Assembly: GCA_951406725.2 (NCBI GenBank)
Contig: OX597827.1
Span: 54,684,001-54,748,000, forward strand
Length of the DNA: 64,000 nt
Reading direction: 5' to 3'
Origin: Octopus vulgaris
Taxonomy: Eukaryota
Position numbers and translations under genes: made by a program. Position 1 is the first letter of the stretch, and every line of letters starts with the position of its first letter. Of the stretch, positions 1-13,182 are shown piece after piece. Below the pieces are notes generated by a model. That model was not told the DNA's origin. It saw only the letters and a program-made list of their open reading frames with translations, and did not search any database.

Positions 1-28
1 TTTTTAACCCAATGTTCACATGCTATTA

Positions 29-372
29 CCGTAAATCCTCGAGTATAATCCGCATTTTTTCCTCAAAATTTAAAGGTCAAAATCCCTTGTGCATACTATA
101 TACGAGGTTAAAAATGAAAATTATTTTCTAAGCAATGTCCGAGTCTCTATTTGCTGTCCGGCAATGTTTATTCAGACACATTTTGTGATGTCGGGTGCGA
201 AAATACCTTAAATCATCTATAACTTGCAGTTAGCAACATTTACTAAACATTATTACTGTTATTTCTTTATTTTCTGCAAACAAAATGCACAGAAAAGCTA
301 CACGTTTGCATTATGTTATATATACAATAATAATAAAGGACGTTACCTCAGACTATACTTGAGGATTTACAG
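29..372. mobile_element. Tc1/mariner-pogo (Tigger-like) MITE
   Basis: ~24-bp imperfect TIRs (CCGTAAATCCTCGAGTATAATCCG / CAGACTATACTTGAGGATTTACAG) with TA on both sides (27-28, 373-374). Confidence 0.8.
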
Positions 373-674
373 TATTTATACTTTTATCTGTTTCAAGTTC
401 CACCATTCCAAAAAAGAAAAAGAAAAAGACCTCTTTGGGTAGTTGTCGAGAAGTAGAAAATGAAGTGGTTGGTTTTGTAATACAAACAGTAGGACATCTA
501 CTATTAGGGAATATAGTTATTCATAGACAATGTCTCTTCCTTGGTACAAGTAGGGGGTAGTTGAGTAACACCTTAGAATAAACAGTGGAAGATGGCAGTA
601 AACTTGATTTTGACTATTGACTGAGAAAGCTGGAGGGAGGTGTAAGTTGTTCCGCTTGCTGTATGCCTTCAGAA

Positions 675-754
675 TATGGGTTTTATATGTGGGCTATGGG
701 TTTTATTTGCAGGCTGTGGGTTTTAAATGCATGCTAAGGGTTTTGAATGCTTGA
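675..754. repeat. Minisatellite, 4 x 20 bp
   Basis: TATGGGTTTTATATGTGGGC-like unit repeated at exact 20-bp spacing. Confidence 0.75.
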
Positions 755-968
755 ACATTTCTATAATTTTGAAAACATATTTTTTTTAAACCTTTATTCT
801 TGTTTATGTTCAATTATCATATTTTGAATTGATGCATACACATACATATGCACTCACATGCACACACATATGTATACACATACATGCACACACATTCCCA
901 TGTACACAGACACATACTTATGATAGGTTTCTGCAGTTTCCAATGACTGAAATTTGCTCAAAGGATAT

Positions 969-1180
969 GGCAGAGTTCATAGCATGCCTGGTGAAATGCT
1001 TAGCAGTATTTCATCCGCCGCTACGTTCTGAGTTCAAATTCCGCCGAGGTCGACTTTGCCTTTCATCCTTTCGGGGTCGATAAATTAAGTACCAGTGACA
1101 CACTGGGGTTGATGTAATCGACTTAATCCCTTTGTTTGTCCCCTCTATGTTTAGCCCCTTGTAAGCAATAAAGAAATAAG
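969..1180 (+). mobile_element. SINE family C (tRNA head, Nin/Deu-like central domain)
   Basis: B-box GAGTTCAAATTCC, then GACTTTGCCTTTCATCCTTTCGGGGTCGATAAATTAAGTACCAG, tail ending AATAAAGAAAT; more than 10 copies in the window. Confidence 0.85.
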
Positions 1181-1425
1181 AAACTGGAAGAAGCTCATCA
1201 TATATATAAATGTGTGTATGTGTGTATCTTTGTGTATATGTTTGTCCCCCACCACTGTTTGACAACTGCACTTGGTGTGTTTACGTCCCCATAACTTGGT
1301 GATTTGGCAAAAGAGACCAATAGAATTTACAAAAAGATAAATACTGGTGTTGATTTATTGGATTTAAAGTTCTTCAAGTCAGTGCCCCATTATGGCTGCA
1401 GTCTAATGACTGAAACAAGAAAAAA
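1181..1425 (+). mobile_element. SINE family A, 3' part
   Basis: Matches body and tail of full copies at 25816 and 51600. Confidence 0.75.
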
Positions 1426-2364
1426 AAATGTATTGCAAGTTAGTAGCAGTATGGGGTTTGACTTGGGTGATAAAAGGAGTTTATACATAAACATCATTAT
1501 AGTAAGGTTTGATTTTATAGTTACTTACTGTGTTCTACCTCTTGTAACATTGGACATGGAATGAATTGAAAAATTTATGATGGAATAATGTGAAATGGTG
1601 GCATAGAGCTACTTACTTACTCTGACATGAATAACAAGGGAGCTTTTCTATGTTCACTTAACCTATTAGAAAGAAACAGCAGGCAGATCTCCTTCAGTCA
1701 AACCTACCAGCTTAAGAAGAGTACATTAGGTATTGTCACCCAAGATCTTCATTAAAAAACAAAATGGTCGTGGTTGGAATGCTTTGGGTCCAATCAATAC
1801 TAAGATTAAGATTGCTAAGACTTGTCCATAAAGTTGGCTGTCAGCAGTTAACAGGAAAAAAAGATCAAGAAGAGAGACAAAGAGAGAGAGAATTCTATTG
1901 TTATGTAAGTAAAATATTTATGACAATATATATATGATATAGATTTATGGTATACAAAATATTTATGACACTGATAGAACTATTAGTTATCTCTTTAAAT
2001 TCTTTGGTAATTAACTAAATATTGGCAATATAACAAGAAGGAAACACAATGAATAGTTATGGACAAACTGTATTTATTAATGTATTTTGGTCATAGCTTT
2101 TTGATACATGCAATAGTTGAAAAGACAATCACACATTTCAGTTAGTGTGTTTACTGTTAATTTTTTTTTCTAAAATTTTAATGCTTTTCATATTATTTGG
2201 CCGTAGATCAAAAATAAGGTCCCCAAAAATATTGAGCACGAAGCAAAAAGCTTAAAAATAGTTATTGTCCATTAAGTGAATAGCTTGTATTAACTTCCAA
2301 ATTGGAATATAATAGGTAGAAGTGCACCTAGAAAGGTTAGCTTGTCTTCAGTGAAGATTGATCA

Positions 2365-2765
2365 GCTGTATGGTAAGAGGTTTGCTTCCTGACCACACGG
2401 TTTCGGATTCAGTCCTGCAGCATGGTACCTTGGGAAAGTATGTATACCTGTGACCCTGAGCCAACCAAAGCCTCGTGAGCTAATTTGATAGGTGGAAAGT
2501 GAAGGAAGCCCATCATGTGTGTGTATGTTTATATGTATGTATATATGTGTGTGTCTGTCTTTGTGTCTGTCCCTAACTGCTTCACAACTGGTGTTGGTGT
2601 TTTTTTTTCTTTTACATTCCCCATAACAAAGCAGTTTAGCAAAAAGTGACTGATAGAAGAAGAACCAGGGTATTTATATACTAGGATCAATTTAATCAAC
2701 TAAAACCCCTTCTGAGTGGAGCTCTAGCATGGCTGTAGTCCAGTGTCTGAAATGGATATAAGATG
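2365..2765 (+). mobile_element. SINE family A, diverged
   Basis: tRNA-like head, CCTTGGGAAAGT core-like segment, internal (TG/TA)n, family tail. Confidence 0.75.
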
Positions 2766-2939
2766 AAGGCTGATAGCATCACAAACATAACTTAAGACAT
2801 CTCTTGCATGAACTACACTTCCTTGTTAACCACCTTCCCAGTCATAAAACACGTGCATCATCATCATTGTCATTTTTATGTCCATTTTCCATGCTGTCAT
2901 GAGTCAAACAGGTCATTATGGTCAGTTCTTATCCAAAAG

Positions 2940-3830
2940 TGAAGGTACATGACTTGGTGGTTAGCATATTTGTCTCACAAACATAACGTCATGAGTTTGA
3001 TTTCTGGCAGTGTGTTGTGTCCTTGAGCAAGACACTTTATTTCATATTGTTCCAGTTCACTTAGCTGGCAAAGATGTGAAGTACCTGTCTTTAAACGGGC
3101 CAACCTGATCACATTTCAGGTCATGTGGAATCTCCCAGAGAACTATTGGGTTGTCCAGAAAGTTTGTGCTGCTTTTTAAAGGAAAGAAAAAGGTCAATGA
3201 ATACTTGCCATTACATTTTTAATCAACCAGATATGAACCATTTTGTTGCACAATGCGTCTCTATCTTTCCTTTAAGTTGAAAATATCCTCTTCATAGAAT
3301 TGAGCTTGTTTCATGGCAAAGAATTCATCAAGGTATCTTTTTACATCCTCCAAGGAATTAAAATTTTTACCATTAAGACTATTCTGCAGAGACTTGAATA
3401 AGAGGAAATCTGAAGGAGCAATATCTGGTGAATTTGGAGGGTGGGGTAACACATCACAGCCGAGCTGCAGCAATTTTTGTCTGGTTCCCAAAGCATCAAG
3501 TACCGAAAATGAACTTTCTTATCTTCCAATTTAAAGGGTTACAGAATTAACACAGGTTATAGGAACATAAACCTTCTTCCACGAAAAGATAGCTTAAACT
3601 GTGCTCTAAATGGAGGTGTAGTTAAATCCTATTTTATGGACTCAACCATGTTCTAAAATAAGTGGAAAGGTAAGCTACTATAAATCAGCACAAACTTTCC
3701 GGACAGCCCAATACATTAAGGGTACGCATTTCTGTGGAGCGCTTATCCACATGCACATTAATTTCATGAGCAGCCTGTTTTATCGACCAGATTGATTAGA
3801 ACCCTCATCATTGCAACTGTTGGAGCACCA
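2940..3830 (+). mobile_element. Old tRNA/CORE-like SINE (family B2), split by a mariner insertion
   Basis: GTGTCCTTGAGCAAGACACTTTATTTCA core; the two halves join to match the uninterrupted copy at ~55736-56050 (minus). Confidence 0.75.
3146..3711 (-). mobile_element. Internally deleted mariner transposon
   Basis: ~30-bp TIRs TTGGG(T/C)TGTCC(A/G)GAAAGTTTGTGCTG, TA TSD (3144-45, 3712-13); N-terminal MEDKKVHFRYLML joined to C-terminal LPHPPNSPDIAPSDFLLFKSLQNSL (mariner YSPDLAP motif). Confidence 0.95.
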
Positions 3831-4116
3831 GTATCCAAAATTACTGCCTTTCTAAACTGGTTGGAAGACTGTATTTTTTGTATGTCTCAGTTTTGCCCTG
3901 CTGATGTTTAATAGTGCTGCAAATAAACCAGGTTACTTCTGACTCTATAGCAGATTGTAAGATGCCTGCAGGCATTTGACTTCCATTATTGAAAGCATAT
4001 AAACAGACACTAACACCTGGAAGAAAATATTGTCACATGGTCTTGTAATATACAATTAAATGTTCTCATCCAGTTTGGAAATGAGATATTTTCTACAGCT
4101 ACATTAGAGAATAGAG

Positions 4117-4342
4117 TTAACCTTTTAGCATTCTGGATATTGTGAAATGTAATGCTTATTTATTCACACTGTTTTGAATTAATCATGAATTGTCTTGTAG
4201 CTTCAAGATTTTGATGATGTGGTAGTTTATTTTTAGAATGACATTGTAAGGCAGGTGTGAGAGGTCTGGTTTGGCCTGTTTAAACGTAAAGCATGTACAG
4301 TATTTTAGCTAGATATGACTGGTTTACATATTAAAGGGTTAA
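4117..4342. mobile_element. piggyBac-type MITE family D
   Basis: TTAA-CC(C/T)TTTAGCATT ... TAAAGGG-TTAA ends; ~225 bp; about 12 copies or fragments in the window. Confidence 0.85.
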
Positions 4343-5989
4343 ATGCACTAATTTAGATACTACATTTGGTGGAGAATCTGTTTACACAGCCGTGTAATTA
4401 TCAAAAGTTTTATACTTCTGATAAGTCTGATATCTCTATTATTATTATTGTCTGCGTAATGATTATTAGATGTTAGTGATATATTTAATGGCAATGATTT
4501 TATTGAAAAACATGTTTTCATGATGTATTGTAAGACAGTTTGTTGGGTTAATGCCAAAGTTATGGGGTGGGCAATTTAGGAAAGTGACTCATCTGTTCTT
4601 TCTTTTTTTTTTCTGTCATGGCATCAGTGTTTATAATCAACAGTAAAAGAGCTAGCTGGATAATTTCAGTTTTGATGATAATTCGCCATATGCTCTTTTT
4701 GTGTATCAGTCTAATTTCTTTCATTAATCTATTACTAGCTTTCTTAAGTATGTAGCTTTTAAGTTGCTTTCAACTTTTATAAAATCTGCTTAACATTTTA
4801 GATAGTTACTTCAAATAAATACTACAAAAGCAAGAAGGAATGGTTGAGATTTAAAAAGTCAAAAAAAAAAAAAAAAATGGGAAAAAGTCCCATACTGACT
4901 AAACCTACCCTAATGTATTACAGTGACTACTAATATTGTGTTAGTGCATGGGTAAGATATTATCTACATTTCCTTATCACTCTCCACTTATCTAACATGT
5001 TCATCATCATTATACACCCACTTTCCATGCTTGCAATGAGTTGAATGGATCAGTTCTTATCCAAATTTCCTGCCTTCTTCAACAGATTGGCAAACCATGT
5101 CTTGTTCATATGTTTCATTTTTACCTTCTTTTCTCTAGTTGGATACCCCTAAACAATTATTTTGAATTACTCATGCATTATCTTGCATCTTGATGATGTA
5201 ATTGCTTATTTTCAGATTGACATTGTGGGGTAGGTGTGAGAGGCCAGATCTTGCCAATTTAGATACTAAAGGATTAACCATAGCTTTTTAAAATTTATTT
5301 ATACTTTACTTTTCATCCAGGTTAACATTCACTTCCAGTTGATCATGTCATGTGTCTCTTATTTCTCTATCATTTGCATTCACCCTCATTACCATGAAAC
5401 ATCATATTTTTAGCACACTCTTTTGCATACTCATCTTTTGCATACTCATTGTTTACTCTGTGTAAACAACACTGAAAATACAGTAACTTATTTCCTATGC
5501 ATCAAGCAAAGTTACTTCCTAGATGACACAAGATTTCATGCTCTCCTTCATATTTCTAATTAGTATTTTGATGTCTGAAATGCTCACTTTAAATCTTTAA
5601 ACTCTAGGCTTTGTTTCCTCTTTGTTTGTATTATTGTAGTAGGCAACCATAACAATGTAACTATGAACATACTTCTCTCAAATGATGTATATTACTGTGC
5701 AATTTGGAATACATCATGCCTCTCATCTTCATGATGCAGAACAATTGCAGATTACTTATACACACAGCTAGACACACTCAGGTATTTTATTCCTTGCTAA
5801 ACTTCATGGTATCACTTTTTACTTTCACTTTTCTTATGCTCATCTTACTTAGTTATTGCCACCTACTTATCTACTCTGTTATTACCATTGAATGGCTTGA
5901 TTTATTGGTTGGAACCCTGCTCAAGCTACTGAACTAGACTGTGACTCTATAAATCATTCATTTTCTTGTAGTTTTGTATTTTCCATTCT

Positions 5990-6470
5990 CCTTATGGAGC
6001 AGAAGCATGGCCCTTCTCGAAGACCCTGGCAAAAAAAATCAACAGTTGATAGAGCACTGGGAACCATCAAAAACATCAGATAATACCATCATGTTTCCAA
6101 CAAAGAACTGCATGCACACACGTATCAGCTCACAGCCTCCCACTGCATAGCTATCTGCCACATGCACTGGTATGGACTTGTCCTCTGTCTCTTGCTAGAT
6201 AATCCTATCAAGGCTTTACTCTCATTCAATGCAGCAGCTGCAAGCTGGAAGAGGCCTTGTAGCATGCCCTACACCAGTTGGCTGGACATGATTGAGAGAG
6301 ATCTCCAGAAGCTCAACATCACCTTAGTGGTTGCAGAGGGGCTGACATGGGACTACCAGTGATGAAGAGCACTGGTAGACCTGGTTGGCTCTATGCATGA
6401 TGATACCTCTGGGACCACTGACTTGGAATGACCTCAGTTACACAGGCAAGAGCATGAGGCCAAGCTAAGC
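5990..6470 (+). mobile_element. RTE-clade LINE 3' fragment (decayed ORF C-terminus)
   Basis: Translates to HVSNKEL...WYGLVL...WKRPCSMPYTSWLDMIERDL, resembling RTE RWYGHVLR...KRPRGRPRxRWxD. Confidence 0.75.
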
Positions 6471-7973
6471 CATTTCCTATTTTATTACAGTATTTTGTGA
6501 AAATTTCTAAAAACAAGAGCCTGTTTTAACTTCCATACCTTCCTTCTAACTTGTCTTTTGCTTTTGAGTCTATTTTCTCCTTAGTTTAAATTTACTTACT
6601 AACACCCTACGGTGAGTTGTAAATTCATCTTCAGCCTGTCTCAATTTCCTGTAAGTACAGATTCAATCTGGGTCACATGCTTATCTTTGGGCCAGCTAGT
6701 TTTGTGAAGCTTGTGTTATAAATACTTACACCATTTGCATTTGGTCCTTCATTTCTTGAATCCTGACTAAAGCTTCCATTCTCACCAGTTTACTTGTCCT
6801 GGTGTTTCCTAACATGACTGTCACCATCTTGGATTGATAAGAAAGCTTTTACATGGTCACTCTAGCTGCAAGACATAGCAGCTATACCTCCTTCAAATTA
6901 CATCCTATTGACTTTGCCCCTCAAATAAGAGGATGGTCATGGCTGGAATGCCTTAAGGTCATAGACCTGCTCAATCAAAATATGCCTAGGGTTAAACAAC
7001 TATCACTATCATCAATTTTCCAAGTACCCTATGCATATCAAACTGGGATACATCATTCTCAGGCTTAAAGAACTCATCCTTTTTGTACCATCCTACTGCA
7101 AGAGGAGGAAGCCATAAAATCATACATGCTATCATGAAATCTTTATCATCTTCTGAATTAAACCATTTTATGTATCCTGGTAACCCTAATTACTCCAACT
7201 ATCCATTTCTCTGTTAAAAGTACACTTACACCATCAATACTAGAGTTGTTACCCACTCAGAAGAATTTGTGTTTGTGTTCCTTGCTGATATGGAGTTTGG
7301 CAGAAACTTCTCTTCATCTCATCTCATTTCTATAACTCATTTGTATCCAGTTTAATATCTCTACAATCTCACCAGACGTACTCTTCAATGTGCTATCATG
7401 AATAAGTAGAAGTCTCCTGCAGTAGTTGAGTTTAATATCAGCTTCATGCAATTATTTCAAACTAAATATTGTTGAAATAGTAGTTGATTCATTGTAAAGT
7501 TATCAACCCCTCCCCCTATACACTATTTAAAATGTGTGTGTATTGGAGGAGGAGGAGGTATTTTATGATGTTGTTTGAGATTATAGTAAAACTCAATAAA
7601 ACAGTAAAGAAAATAATCTATGCTTTGATAATCAGACAAGAAAAATATTCACAGCTATTTATTTATAAACAGTTTTTAACCAAATTACTTGTTTTAATGT
7701 TTTCATATCTGATGGCAAACTTGATTTTGGTGTAAAATCAAAGATAAATGAAATAGATTCAAAAGCTTCTGAATATCACAGTTTATTTTTCTTGAGCTAG
7801 AAGCAATAATTATTGAGCAGTTTAAGCTGGAAGATGTGTAATCCAGCTAAGCATGGCAAAATACACTTAATTAAAATCATAATGACTAGATAAGTAAGCT
7901 GATCTTTTGGTCTACGAAAGTGCAGCAAAGGCTATTTGGATTGTGAGCATGAATGGCAGAGGTGTGTTTGTAT

Positions 7974-8422
7974 CAGGAGTTCTCTATAATTTTTTTTATC
8001 TATGGACCCTTTTGATTACTTTATTATTTTGGTGGACCTCTGTAGCTATTCAATGTTTAAGAAACTAGTTTTATAGAAACTTCTTTGAAAATTCCTATTT
8101 TGTTTTTCACACATTAACTTGTGTAGGTTGAACTGTGTAAAATGTTAAAGAAACCTAGCTGTTTCTTGCAGTACATACCAATACATACATCAACTTGTGT
8201 AGGTTCACACATTAACTTGTATAAATTGAACTGTGTAAAATGTTAGAGAAGAGAAACTTAGCTTTTTCTTGCGATAGATACCAATGTATACATCTAAAGC
8301 AAAATTTTTTCAGGGGCCCTTAAAATACTAATGCAGATCCCCAATTTATTATTTTGTTGTGTGAACCTCAAAAATCTTATATGGACCCTCAGGGGCATAT
8401 GAACCCCAGTTGAGAACCACTG
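7974..8422. mobile_element. hAT (Charlie-like) MITE
   Basis: CAGGAGTTCTC ... GAGAACCACTG ends; 8-bp TSD GTTTGTAT/GCTTATAT; related copy at ~62670-62930. Confidence 0.7.
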
Positions 8423-8477
8423 GCTTATATTATATGACTAATTGGCAGCTTGTTTTTGATCACTAGATCAACCTTGA

Positions 8478-8705
8478 TTAACCTTTTAGCATTTAAACCA
8501 GACATGTCCAACATCAAATTGTTTACTTTTTTATGTTCAAACTGGCCAGATCTGACCTCTCACACCTTCTTAACAATGTCATTGTAAAAACCAACAATCA
8601 CATCATTGAAATCTCAAAGCTATCATATAATGCATAATTCATTCAAAACAATGTGAATGAATATGTATTACATTTGACTGAGTAATCTGAATGCTAAATA
8701 GTTAA
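8478..8705. mobile_element. piggyBac-type MITE family D
   Basis: TTAA at both ends; family body. Confidence 0.8.
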
Positions 8706-8766
8706 AGTAGACAGACCTATAAATTAAAAATATTTCAGTTATGAATCACCCAGGTTTTATTTTTGT

Positions 8767-8996
8767 TTAACCCTTTCATTACTATATTTATTTTGAGATG
8801 CTCATTGCTTCTTTCAATTACTTTAAATATATAACAAAGAATTTAGTAAAATAACTTTGTTTTCATTCAGCTGATGTTAGGAACATAAATTGTGACTAAG
8901 GTTTGGTGGAAGATTTTAATTCAAAACTTTTGAAAACAAGACATTTGTACTCAGAGCCAGAGCTGGTTTCAGCCGGGTTTGTAATGAAAGGGTTAA
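8767..8996. mobile_element. piggyBac-type MITE family E
   Basis: TTAA-CCCTTTCATTAC ... GTAATGAAAGGG-TTAA perfect TIRs; other copies at 12971 and 32314. Confidence 0.9.
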
Positions 8997-9664
8997 GGTT
9001 TACATTATTCACTGTATCTTGTTCCTATTTTTAAGACAGTTGGATGTGATTTCTGTGAGAGATATAGCAGATCAGTTGACAACATAAAGGCTGCCTTATG
9101 TTCAACTATACTAGAACAATTCAGAACTGTCATATCATAACAGACTTCACACAACATTTTCTTTGCATAGATAATATTATCCTTAAAAAAATATAGAAAT
9201 GAAATAACGATTTCTTACATTGAAACAAAGCCACACATTTACAAAGGTAGAGAATAAAATTGATTTGCTTGCTGATAATTATTTTATCAACCCTGAAGGG
9301 ATAAAAAAAAGAAAAAAAAGTAACTGCCAACATTGAAGGGATTTGATCTCAGTGTAAAGAAACAGAATTAGATTCTACAAATCTGGTATTTTGCCAATTC
9401 TGTTATTCACTACCTTCAGTAATACAGTAATAATGTTAACCAATTTTTTGTATGTCTTGCATAATTGACTATTTTCAGAAAATGTTGCCCAAGTTCTATA
9501 ATTGGTGTCACAACTCTGGGATAGGTAAATAAATTATGTAGTACAATAAAACACGAGTCCTATATGAAGGCAGATTTTTGTTTTAACGTTAGTGTATATC
9601 CCATAACTCAATGGACTGCTTTGGAATTACTAAAATTGTCGTCTTCTTGTAGTAACATACCACT

Positions 9665-9975
9665 TTTTTTTTTTGTCGCCCTTTTCAAGCCTAGCCAGGC
9701 TCATGGGCCCAGTTTCCCGGTTTCAATGGTGTATGTGTTCCCCACCTGGATGGGATGCCAGTCCATCGCAACATTACTCAAGAAACAAGAAGACAGAGTG
9801 AGAGAAAGTTGTGGTGAAAGAGTACAACAGGGGTTGCCACTACCCCCTGCTGGAGTCTCGTGGAGCTTTTAGGTGTTTTCGCTCAATAAACATGCACAAC
9901 GCCCGGTCTGGGAATCGAAACTGTGATCCTCCGACTACGAGTCCACCGCCCTAACCACTGGGCCATTGCACCTCC
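9665..9975 (-). mobile_element. tRNA-derived SINE family G with poly(A) tail
   Basis: Minus-strand head GGAGGTGCAATGGCCCAGTGGTTAGGGC...GTTTCGATTCCC (A/B boxes); TGCGATGGACTGGCATCCCATCCAGG segment; 11-bp TSD AACATACCACT (9654-64, 9976-86). Confidence 0.9.
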
Positions 9976-10115
9976 AACATACCACTAGCACTTACAATTA
10001 ATGGGGATACCATCACACTTCAAGCTGTATCTACAGTAAGATTTAAATATGTTGCTCTATGTTACTGGTATCAGTAGAGTTAAAAAGTATTAGCTGTTGT
10101 CACAGTACAGTATTA

Positions 10116-10447
10116 AGCGTGGCTGTGTGGCAACAAGCTTGCTTCCCAACCACATGATTCCAAGTTCAGTCTCACTGCATAGCAACTTGGGCAAGTGTCT
10201 TCTACTATAGTCTCAGGCTGACCAAAGTCTTGTGAGTGAATTTGGTAGATGGAAACTGAAAGAAGCCAGTCGTGTGTGTGTGTCTTTGTGCTTATGTCCG
10301 TGTAACTCAGCAGTTTAGCAGAAGAGACTGATAAGTACTAGGCTTAAAAATTTAGATAAGTTCTGAGGTCAATTTGTCCAACTAAGACACTCTCGATGGC
10401 AGTGCCCCAGCATGGATGCAGTCAAATGACTAAAACAAGTAAAAGAT
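10116..10447 (+). mobile_element. SINE family A
   Basis: GGCTGTGTGG head through GACTAAAACAAGTAAAAGA tail. Confidence 0.85.
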
Positions 10448-10493
10448 ATAAAAAAAAAAGATAAGATACCAGTCACAGGCAGACTGACTGGCA

Positions 10494-10823
10494 CACCAAC
10501 AAAAAATTATCTAGAATTTTTTTCTTTTTTAGTGTGGCCCTCCTGAGGAAGTATGAGCTATGTCTCATGTAGCCTGCTTCTCGTTAAAGGTCGAGCATGT
10601 ATTGACTATGCAAATATGCTGCTTCTTCACTATGCAAATTTATTGCCTCTATGCCAGTCATGGGTAAACTGCATGTCACAAGACTTTCTGAATGACACAC
10701 CAACAAAACATACTTAGAATTTTTTTCTTTTTTAGCAATGTGGTTCACCTGATTATGGATGTGGCCCGCTTCTTGATAAAGCTTACCCATACCTTGATTA
10801 TGCAAATCTATTGCCTCTTCACC
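10494..10823. repeat. Diverged local duplication (~200-bp period) with three ATGCAAAT octamers
   Basis: CACCAACAAAA..TAGAATTTTTT at 10494 and ~10697; octamers at 10608, 10632, 10800. Confidence 0.6.
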
Positions 10824-12970
10824 GGTAATCTGCCACCTTATCTATTCAGCTGTGATTTTTTTTTTTTTTTTTACATAATTAGAGGAACTTCTAAAAGTTC
10901 TAATTTAGAAAGTGTTAATGTTATACTTGTTGCTTTCTATTTTCACTCAAAATTTTATGATTTGCTTCTAGTATAAGCAAAAATGTTGTATCCTGATAAT
11001 TACAGCTCCAAGTTCAATCCTTTTTCTAAATGGTAGCAAGGAAATCAATACTATTATGCTAATAAATATTACAATTTAGTGGAAATTTGATGTGATGTAA
11101 ATCAAAGAAAACTTGAAAAGTAATCAAACCTCTCTGGCAAACATTGCGGTTGATAAAAACCTGATTAAATGCAGCTTGGCTTCTTCTTTAATTTATGCCA
11201 ATATTAATGAGGAAATCTAGCATTAAACTTGAGTGTGATTATCTATTTTCTAGGCACATTGAAAATTGCTTTTTCATTAACCATTTCAATATTGTATGTG
11301 TATACTTGTATTTTGTCTTGAAAATATATTATTTTAACTTTTTGACTGCAATAGCTGTCAAGGGAGTATTGCAGAGCTTGTTTTTTCACATGTATATATT
11401 AACATTTATAAGGAGAAAAAAATTAGGAGTTCATGTTTTTCCCCAAAAGTTCATACTTTTCCCAAAATTCAATTTTTATACTTACAACAATTGTCACACT
11501 ATCTCTCCCTAATTTTCATTAGCTTTTCACTTCCATCTTGTAATCAAATTATGTCATGCTTCTGTTTTTTTTAAACAGTAGAGGTGTACAATTACAAATG
11601 CAGCATTTGTAATTATTTTCAAGTGCATCTTTCTTGGAAAATACTGCTGTGGTCATCATTGTTATTGCCATTCCTATATCTCTTTCTTCCCAATGGAAAG
11701 GATTGGATCAATTTGCAGTATAACAGTGTCCATGTTGACTCGACTCCAAGTGATTGCATCAGTTTTGTTAATAACTTTACTGGTGTTTCTGTTTTGGCTG
11801 GTATCTTTTACAAATAAATGTCTTTTCTAGTGTAAATTACCTTGAAGAATGCATTTCTTTTTTATTATCTATTATTTTGAAGGCAACAAGCTGGTAGAAT
11901 AGTTGCATGCCAGGAAAAATGCTTAACCACATTTCATCTAACACTTTACATTCTGAGTTCCACCAAGGTCAACTTTGCCTTTTGGGATCAATAATTTAAG
12001 TACCAGTTGAACACCGGAGTCTCTGTAATCAACTTTGTCACTTCCAACAAAATTCAGGTCCTGTGCCTATTGTAAAAATATTTATTAGGTGATAGAGAGC
12101 TGCAGTATTCATGTTTTTTTAAAAGTTCCTGCTAAGCTGGAGAATATAGATATAAATGGGTGAGATAGTGCAGTTAAAATGTCTTTGTAGTATATTTGTT
12201 TTTGAGGTTAAAATGTGGGTAGAGGGAGCTGTCTCTGAGAATAGAATTTCTGGAGGGGAAAAAATGTGGTTAAATTGTTAGTATAAGGCCTATGAGGTGT
12301 CATAGAGAAAGGGAGGAGAGAAATGGTTATGTGGATTTAAGTGAGAGTAGTATAGAACTGGCAAATTTAAGGAATATGGTAGTAGAAGAGCCAGAGGCAT
12401 TTAGTGCTCTGAGTACATTCCTGGAACGTATAATATTTGTATTAAATGTTAATAAAATATTCAGAATATATTCTCATTCTATTTAACTGGGTTTTTTTTT
12501 AGTTCTTGGTCATTTTGTTTCTAAAGCATTTATTGGTCTTAAAGTCATTTCTTCAAACGAATTTGTACTCTCTATAAAATGTTGAGTTTTCTCAGTGATT
12601 TATGAATTACTGTTTCCAGTTACTCTAATTTTGTTTATGGCAGATGGTATCATGGTATTATATTTCTAATAGTATTACTTACTCTTTATATGTATATATG
12701 TATTTTTTATTTAAAAACTCTAAAGAAAAACAAAACAACCTTTTTTTGTTTTTGTCAAAAAAAAAAAAAAAAAGAAAAAGAAAAACTAATACCGTTTGAT
12801 TCTTTTCATATATTTTTTACTACATTTGCTTTCTGCAAGTTTCTGTTTGCCTTTAAATACAAGAAAAGAATATTCATAATGATATATTGTATACAAACAG
12901 GAACAAAGTATTTGGTTATGCTACAAGAAATTATAAACCATTGGTATTTTTATGGTTTAGAGATACATTC

Positions 12971-13182
12971 TTAACTCTTTCATTACCAATATTTCTGTTA
13001 AAATATATTCCCCGTGTTTCAAAATAATTTTGGAACTAATGAAGAATTTAGTAAAATAACTTTGGTTATTAGTGTTTGGAACATAGATTTATATGGAATT
13101 TTGATGGAAGGTTTTAGTTCAAATCACTTTATATTATAGAATGTGGGTCAGTCTCAGGCAGGCTGGTATCAAAAGGACTCAA
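12971..13182. mobile_element. piggyBac-type MITE family E, diverged
   Basis: TTAACTCTTTCATTACC start; shared GAATTTAGTAAAATAACTT body. Confidence 0.7.

Noticed and set aside
9479-9524. Possible 46-nt plus-strand exon (ttttcag...gtaaat)
   Set aside because: Only one open phase, no recognisable peptide and no other support; expected by chance.
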